From Eutreptiella sp. 'Long Island Sound 2002' (taxonomy: Eukaryota; Protista; Euglenida), in NCBI GenBank assembly GCA_964036045.1, contig OZ038378.1:146878001-146942000 (forward strand): a DNA stretch of 64,000 nucleotides. The letters run 5' to 3'. Positions 25,601 to 34,600 of this stretch are shown here, piece by piece. Below the pieces are notes generated by a model. The model was given only the letters and a program-made list of their open reading frames with translations, made no database searches and had not been told where the DNA came from. The position numbers were made by a program, and so were the translations under genes. Each line of letters starts with the position of its first letter. Position 1 is the stretch's first letter.

Positions 25601-28600
25601 CTCGCACACACCACCAAAGCCAACACCGACTACACCCCAGCAGAACCACAAGCAAAACGCCCCATGATGTACCGCACCAACGATGCAAGCAACCCGCAAC
25701 CCTCGGTTGCCCCCAGCTCGGTGCCGGAGGGTAGCAGATGGGCACTTGTCCTGATGCTCCAGATGCGTGCGGTGGGCTCCTGCACCTCGGGGGCTTGTGT
25801 TGCTGCAGCACGGGCACTTTGTGGGAGGCCGTGGTGGCAAGGCCGCCACCCCCCGGGCGCATGCGCCCCCCCCTATCCCCCCGCCCTCATGGATCAGCCC
25901 TCCCCACAGCAACGCCTGCTGCCCCCCCCCCCCCCCAGATCTTTCTGCAACGCGCTCGCCATGAATAGTGCAGAGCGCAGAAGATATTACTGCACCGCAC
26001 TACCGGCAAGTCACGCATTGGTGAGCTGGCACCCATGGCCTTGTGTGACATTCACGTTGGTTGTGGTGAGCACCACCCAGCCTGGGGTCTTCGTGATGAC
26101 CGCATCCCGGGGCACTGATCAGGCCGTCAGAGGAGGACGCCATGGGCAGAAGTTGCATTCTGGAGTCCCCCCCAGGGGCAGGGGGATGCCCGCGGCAGTG
26201 CGGATGCCCGCAGTAGTGCGGATGCCTGCTTGTCATAGCAGAAGGTTCAGGGGCGAGAGGCCAATAGGCGCCGCCACAGGCCAACAGAGCCAACCACCAA
26301 GGCCTAGTGCCAACCCCCCCCCCCCTCCCCTGGGGCCGCAGGCAGGCACTGCCTGGGCGGGCGGTGCGCCGCCGGCACCGTGAGCACGGGCCGTGCCGTG
26401 GCGTGGCTGAGATGGGGCGGCTGATGGGCGTACATGTCCTACACTGCCCTGCGATGTCGGTGTGCAGAGGGATGCCGAGGCCAAGGCCAAGAAGAACACT
26501 GCGGTCCCGCACATCAATCCCCACGTCGACGAGGTATGCCCCGGGCATGGCACTCCGCGTTGGGGCTTGGCGTCCGTACCGCCACCGCCCGTCCGATGTC
26601 GGATCCTTTCGCCTGCCGCCCCCGGTGCCCCTCGCTGCCGGGGGGGTCGAGGGGTGTGGACTCGGAGCCACGGGGGCTGGCGGACCCCTGTTGTCCTTGT
26701 GCCTCTTTCAGGAGCACCGGCACTTGACGGACACGTTCATGGCCGGGGCCAAGGGGCTGATGAAGACCAAGTGGATGATGACCACCACTCTGGACCTGCC
26801 CAGGTACCCCCCTCTCCACCGCCCACCCCCCGAGGCCGCGCCCATGCACTCCACATGGGGCGCCTGCACCCCCCCCCCCCCCCCCCCGCAAGCGTCTTGG
26901 GCAAGCATGTGCAGCCGCAGCATGCCACAGAATGCCGCAGCATCCAATTTTTTTGAGTTCATGTGTCTGTCTGCCTGCTCCTGCTCTGGTTGCACGGGAG
27001 ACATTCTGCCTGCCCCATGTCTCCCCAGTTTGCTTGGCCATGTTGAGCGAACGCTCAGTTTGATGGGCCACATCCAGACAAAGGACCGTTTGCATATGGG
27101 CAACAACACTTTGCGCCATTTGGCTATGATGTATGTCAACAAATCCATTACAGACGATCCGGATGGTGAAAGTGATGAATTCGCCCAACAGTGTTGTGCA
27201 TGTTGTCTCTGATTTTGGAAGTTCAATTCCCCACAGATGTGTAGGTACTCACATGTGCAGGTAGAAGCATGCCGCAGCGTGCCGCAGCACAAGAAAATTT
27301 TCCAAGGGACCACACATGCTTGGTCTTGGGGGGGGGGGGGTCCTGCCCCTCCCCCCCCCCTCCCCCCGGGCCCCCAGGCCCTTCACCGGGGGTCCGGGCA
27401 TGTCACCGTTTGTCTGCGGTTCGGTGGGCAACGGTGTGGACCGCCTGGACCCCGGAAAGCGGCCTTTGTGCCTTCATTCGTGGCTGACCCCTGGGGGACG
27501 TGGTAGAGGGCGCCCTCCGGTCCCTGAGACCCGCGGCGCCGCCCCGGGGGCAGGAATGCCGCCATGGGGGGCAGTGGGGCCCCTGTTCCAGCCCCTCCGA
27601 CACCCCCCCCCCCCCCCAAACCCCCACGAAGAACCTCCACCAACACAAGCAGACCACACAAGCGAAATGGCACCGGGCGGCGGCTGTGCCTCAGCGTCCC
27701 CAACCGCCAACCGCCAACCGCCAACCGCCAACCGCCGCCAACCGCCAACCGCCAACCGCCACCAACCGCCAACCGCCAACTGCCAACCTTTAAAGTAGCG
27801 CCTTCATGGACCACCGCCTCCATCGAGAGCTAGTGAAGCTGCTCCTCAAGGGTCGAAGGGTATGGCCTGCTGCCGGGGGGGCCTCTGCCGCCCGGTGGCG
27901 GTGGTCGTCCCGTGCCCCGTCGCTGGGGATTGTCTCTGGAGCACAGCGCCAGCAGAGCGCAGGGGGGGGAGGGGGGTAGAGCGGTGGGGGTGGCACTGGC
28001 GCGCTCTCGGAGCACGTGCGGCCGCACTGCAAGCCAAGGCTGGAGCCTCGGAGGAGACCGGGTGCGGCATGGCGGACCGATGAGACCAGCGCCGTGCTCC
28101 CGGGGGTTGTGTTGTCATGAAGGCGGACTGGACAACAACGACGTCATCGCTGACCCTCTCAGAGAGAGAGAGAGGACCGCCCGCTGGTCATGTCCGTTGG
28201 GCTCTCGGTGCTCACAAGCGCAGAGCAGTTGTGTCCATTCCTTTACACCCCCTGACCCCAGGGTCCCGTCATGCACTGCACTGCAGGAGGCAGCGTGTGT
28301 GTGTGTGTGTGTGGGGGGGGGTCTGTGGATGGGTGCGGAACTACTGTGCGGCGTGGGCCTTTGCGAAACAAAAATGCGGGTTCTTTAGGACCGCCCTGGG
28401 CTGAACAGTGCAACCGGTACTTGCTGACCCCCCCCCCCCCGCATGCCCAGGGGGGGGGGGACGCAGCGAGGGGCAGGTTGTGGACGGCCTGAGGACGGAG
28501 GTGTGGGGACGGCCTGAGGACAGAGGTGTGTGGACAGCAGACACAGTCCAACGACCCCCCCAACAACCAGCACAACCCCCAATACGCCAACTACTGGGCG

Positions 28601-31600
28601 CCGCTGACACGCAAACGGCACACCATGCCACATTCAGCACAGCCCCGGCACACCAACGACGGGGCTCCGCGAACGCGGAAACGACACCAGCGGGAGCACC
28701 GGCCGCAGCGGCCGACAGAACGCAGCGACCCGACGCAACATGCGGAGGGAAGAACGGGTGACTGTCCAGGGCCCCGTACAGAAACAACAACAATGTCACA
28801 CAGGGGGGGGTCCATTTCTGTTTTGACCCCCTGTGCGCAAGGCGCGTGGGGGCCGCTTGACCCCTGACAAGCCAATCCCTTGTATTGTGTGCGTGCTCAT
28901 GAACTTGTGCCGCGCCAGCACCCACACGCCCTGGACAGCACACTTGTTATGCGGTGGTGGTGGTGGGTGGTGGTGGTGGGGGGGGGGGGGCTGCTGGCGG
29001 TGGCCGACATGGGCTTGGTACGGTGAGGTGTGGGCTGTCACGTGGTGGTGGTGGTGGTGGCACCTTCAGCACAACGGGCAGCACACGCAGGCCACAGGTG
29101 AGAAAGGACAGCTTGTCCAGGGCCGGAAACTCGTCGCAAACAAGGCTGGGGTGAAGGTGTGGGAGGAAGGGGGCAGCATTGTGCGTCAACTGCCGTTTGG
29201 GGGGGCGGGGTGCCCCCCCCCCCCCCCCACACACACACAGAGAGAGAACACACGGCGCCGTCAGAACAATCAGCCACAGACATAGACACAAACACAGAAA
29301 TGGTAGGGGTACAGGTGTGGATGGGGTGCCATACAAGGCTACCATGGAAGCGCACAAATTATAACCACAAACACACACACACACACACACGTTGAGGATC
29401 GCGAAACAAGAGCAGAGCAAGAAAAGCGGTGAAAGAAAACTCCTCCGGAGCCGCAGGGCAGCCCCAGACATGTTTCGGTCTGGTGATAGAGATGGTAAAG
29501 CGCAGTCCTGGACAGTGGGTGCGGCGTGATATAGATTTGACGGCCCTTAAGGACAGCCCGTAGGGACCACCAACCGCCAACCACCAACCGCCGCCAACCG
29601 CCACCAACCGCCAACCGCCAACAACCGCCAACCGCCAACAACCGCCAACCGCCACCAACCGCCAACCGCCAACAACCGCCAACCGCCAACCGCCGCCAAC
29701 CGCCGCCAACCGCCACCAACCGCCAACCGCCAACCGCCAACCTTTAAAGGAGAGAAGGCCCCATGGCCAGCAAGCAGACCGCCTGGCGTCAGCCCGTGCG
29801 CACGTCGCTGTCGAACACTGCCTCTCCTCCGTGACTCGCTCCCGCCGGGCCCCCGTCCGCCGCTCTCGTGGTGGCAGAACGGGGCCTCTGGTCTTGTGTT
29901 GGCCACTGCCGAGCGGCCGTCATGTGCTGCTGCGCGCGTGCCTTCGCACCTCCGTCCCATAGCACTCCACTCAGGGTTCGCCCTCTGCCCCCTCCCCCCC
30001 CCCCCCCTCGGTCTCCTCCGCAGTGCCAACATGACCAGCGCCGCCCCGTCGCCACTGGGCCTCAAGACCTACCCCCCCGCCGCCTTCTCCGCCGGCCCCC
30101 GCCGCCTCTCGCACAGCGACCGTCTGCAGCCCCTGCCACCCCCTGCCCTGAGTCGCCCCCCCGGGGGCCCACCCGCCCGGCACCAAATACCCAACGCGTT
30201 CCACAGGTATGCCCCAGGGCCACGGGCGTTCATGGGGGGATGGCGCGGGGCGGGTGGCACGGCCGGTGCCCTCAGAGCGCGCCGCCCGCGCAGGGCCCGC
30301 GGAGGGCGACGCCCGCGCGGTGCGTGCGTGTGCAACGCGTGGGGACACCATTTCCTTTCCCTTTCTTCTCTTGTCTGCACCTCACCGCCATCCCCCCCCC
30401 CCCCATAGGGCGCCCGGCGGAGGTGGCGATGGCCGTCGCGATGGTGTACACTTGCCACCGGTGCCCCACACCGCCCTCTCCAAACATCCCTGCCACCACG
30501 ACAGTGCACAAGCACCCCCGGAGATCGCCGAGTTCGACCGCACGCGCGGCGCGATGCGCGGCGCACCCCCCCTCCGGGGCACGGGGGTACGAGCCCCGCT
30601 GCGCACGTGGCACCGCAGGTCACCGGCGCCGCGCTGTTCCGGGGCCTGGGGCCGTGCTCTGCCTCACGGGGGCCCTGGAATGTGCGCGGCGTGCGGGGCG
30701 GCACCGGTGTACTCGTGTGTAGGACGTGCCCATTGGGTGCTCGGCCCCAACCCTCATGCATCGTGTCTCAGGCTGTGCACCACTGCCCATGAGTCTCTGA
30801 CAGTTCATCTCTGGGCAGGAGGTTTGCCGCAATTGTGAGGCCTACAATGGCTCCGCCGGGTTGCGTGTGAGCGCTGATGCTCCACAGACCGGTTTGCAGT
30901 GGCCCCCTCTCGGGCGTGGAAGGCATGGCCTGCGCCGCCCCCGTGCAGAGGCCGGGGGTCCGAAGTCTGGGGCTTGGGGCGGGGGCTGATACGGAGCGCC
31001 GGCGCGGGCGGTGGAGTGGCGCGGTGCTGGTGGTGCCTGTGAAGGCCTTCGCGGGCCAGTCTCAGTGCTGTGGGTTTGGCGCTGGTGCCGAGGAGGGCCG
31101 GCGTTATGAGCGCCGGGATGGCTCGTCGACGGGGGGGGGGGGGGGGGCACCCGATGCGGCGGCTGGGCCGTGGTGCGTGACCACAGCACCCGCACCATCA
31201 GCCCGCCGCCCCTTCTGATGGCGTTCGGTGGGGGCTCTGGTGCTATTGATGGGGGTGGTCTTGGTCTGCAAACGTGTGGTGCCCCCCTGGCAGGCGCCTC
31301 AGCATGGCCCCTCCGCCGAATCGTGCACCGTTCGTGGGAGGGAGGGGGGGCCCATGGGTTGGCCCTCCCGAGGGGCCGTATCGGGAGGGGGTAGCAATCG
31401 GGCCGGCCCGGGCGTACCCACCGGACGTGGTGCGCGGTACTCCCCTAGCGCCTGGGGGATGCAGGCGTTTGCTGGTGCATTGAAAACGCCCGGATGGCGA
31501 TGCGGAGGTGGAGGTGGATGGGCCCGGGGCAGCGCCTTGGCCGGGCCTCGGGGGTGTGCCCGCCGTGTTCTGTCGCCATCCGAAGGGGGTGTCGCAGAGG

Positions 31601-34600
31601 CGCGGTGCTTGTCGGGGGGGTGTACCCAGGGCCATGTGGGGGTCCCGTAAAGCACTCCAAAGCCACCCCGGCCCAGAGGGGGTCCTTTGGGAACGAGATG
31701 TTCTTTTTTTGTTGAGGAACGCCCCTAAGGACCGCCCCAAGGGACCACCAACCGCCAACCACCACCCGCCACCAACCGCCAACCGCCAATCACCACCAAC
31801 CGTGAGCCGCCAATCGCCGCCAACCACCAACCGCCAACCACCACCCGCCACCAACCGCCAACCGCCAACCGCCAATCACCGCCAACCGCCAACCGCCAAT
31901 CACCACCAACCGCCAATTGCCAATCGCCAACCGCCAATCACCACCAACCGCCAATTGCCAATCGCCAACCGCCAATCACCACCAACCACCAATTGCCAAT
32001 CGCCAACCGCCAATCACCACCACCCGTGGGTGAACGTATGAGCTACACACGTTCTTTTTACAAATCTGCCGTTCAGGAACCCTGTTTTTGCCTCTTCAGG
32101 ACCCCCTGCGCCGGATAAGTACACCATCTTGGGAGGCCCTCAAAGGGACACTATTTTGAGGGCTTCTGATGGGGGGCCCTTTGCGGTTGGTTGCATGGCA
32201 TAGCGGGCGCGGGGCACGCACAGTACCGGGCCTCCCCCCCTTTGCCGAGGCCACCGAAGGCGTTCGCACCGGATGGCCTGGGCCTTTTGCGCCGTTCAGG
32301 GGGAGGGGGCGGGTCTCACTGCCGCGGGTGTGTCGTGGGGCGTCCCCTTCTCGAGGCTTCAGTCTCAACGGAGCCCCGTCTTGTGGGGGTGGGGGCGGGG
32401 GGTTGCGTTCCGGGACGCCGTCTCCCGCCGCTGCTGACGCCTGTTTGCCTCTCGTCGGTGCAGTTCGATGTCGGCGACCGGGCCCATGCCAAGTCCCAGA
32501 AACAACGCCGTGTCCGCCCCCACGCCCATCACGGACCCCTCTGCTCTGCAAGGTATGCCCGGGCGACAGGGGGGCCGGTGGGAAGCGCGCCGCAGGGGCC
32601 GTGGGGGAAGGGCACTCGGCTGTGGGGGACTGAGCACCGCATTCATGACAACGTTGGTGAAGGAAGTGGAAGTCGGTCAAACGGGCACAAGGGCGTGGCG
32701 CGCCACTCAAAAACGGACAAAAACGTTGCGATACCCACTGCCCATTCAAAAGTACGGTGCAATAAAGCGTGCAATATCCGCGGTTCCCTGATAATGACCC
32801 AAACTGCGCGCCGCAGGGTGCGCCGTAGGCGCCACGGGATTAGCGTTCCATGTGGCGGAGGGGGTCTGTAAAGGACAGGGTCTGCAGAGGAGGGCCCCTG
32901 CAGAGGACAGGGCCTGTGCCACAGACGGTGCCCACAGCCAAGTCTCCGCATCGGCAACCCCCCCCCTCCCGATCCGTCGCCCCCGCATCCCCTGCACCCG
33001 CTCGCGTGCACAGGGATGGCGCCCATCCCCCCGGGCCCGCCTGCCCCGCGGCGCCCCCCGCCCCTCGTCCGGCAGCAGGCCCAGGCACCGCCCACCACTG
33101 CGGCCAAGCCGCCCGCGCCCGCAGCCTCCGCCACAACGCAGCGGCCGCTGCCACTGATGCACCAGAAGCGGCCCACGGGCGGGCCGCCGCCCACCAACAA
33201 GTTCCGTCCCGTGCGCATCACCGCCGCCGCAGGTGCCGTGCCCCATGCCACACCTGCGCGCTCCTCCGGGCCATGCCCCCCACCCGTGCCATTCGCTGGT
33301 CCCGGGCCTCTCACATGCCATCGTTCAAACCCGGTCTGATGTCCAGTGGCCGGGGCTTCCTGCCCCGCATCTCCCTCTTCTGTGCATTTTGCCCCCACCA
33401 TGCGGCCCCCTTCCCGGCACTTCTCCCATGCACTGCCCCCACCCGCTCTCTCCACGCACTCTCCGCCTTCTCTCTCTTCCTTCTTCCCTCCCTCTCTCCC
33501 CCCCCCACATGCACTCCCTAACATTCTCCCCCTTCCCCATTCCATCCCTTCCCTCGTCCCTATTCCCGTGAGCTCCCTCCATCCTTGTGCTCCCTCCCCT
33601 CCATCACCTCCTCCCTTGGAGATGTGGCTCCTCGGAATGGGGCGTGGCCCCAGATAATGGGCACAACAAGCCCTGAGGCCTCCTGTTACCACAGCCCGCC
33701 ATGCAACACTGTTGTCACACCCTCCCGCCGCAAGACACGTCGTCGATGTGCGGTCTCGCATTCGCAAAAGACCTCTTCATCCTCGTTTTCACACAAGTGT
33801 GGCTTCCACGTGATGGCAGGCATTTGCAAGACCGGCCACCCACCGCAGGCCACTGATGCAGACAATATGTGGTGATCCACCCCTTTCAGCATTCCAACCT
33901 GGCCATAGCACCAAACTTGCCCACTTCTTGCTCCCGTCTGGAGGTACGGCATTTTGCAAACCGCCTCCCTTGCATATCCTCTGAAGAAGGTTGCTTGGGC
34001 CCGCAGGGGGTTCTAGGTTGAGCTTGCCGGAGGCTTAGCGCAGGTCATCCCAAGCCCCATCAGCCCGTATTATGCACAGTTCAGCAAATTACTGTTACCC
34101 CGTGGCACACAAAACGTCTCCATGTCATGCACGACCAACTCCTCGTACAAGAACATTATTTCAGGTGGTTGCAGCCCTTGGGACTATCCGACGACATCTG
34201 GCAGATCCATTGCACCCACCGTGCGCTGTGCGAAAAGTCGGCTGTTTTCCACCACCGGTAGCCATGGGTCCCAGGGTCCTGAATTCTGCACCCTACAGCC
34301 CCTGCTGGTGCACCAGGGATTTTGTCTTTTTAGTCTGATGCTTGCCACGGGTCCCAGGGTCCTGAAGTCTGCATCCTACAGCCCCTGCTGGTACACCAGG
34401 GATTTTGTCTTTTTAGTCTGATGCTTGCCACAGGTCCCAGGGTCCTGAATTCTGCACCCCATGCTGTTTTGAATTGATCATGCATGCTTCTGTAGGGGGG
34501 TGGTTTTCAGGGGTGTTCCCGTGATAAACAACGTAATAATTGGCGCCGTGCGAAAACGCCCCCTTTGTAAACAGCATGTCAAGCCACATGCCAAAAGTGT

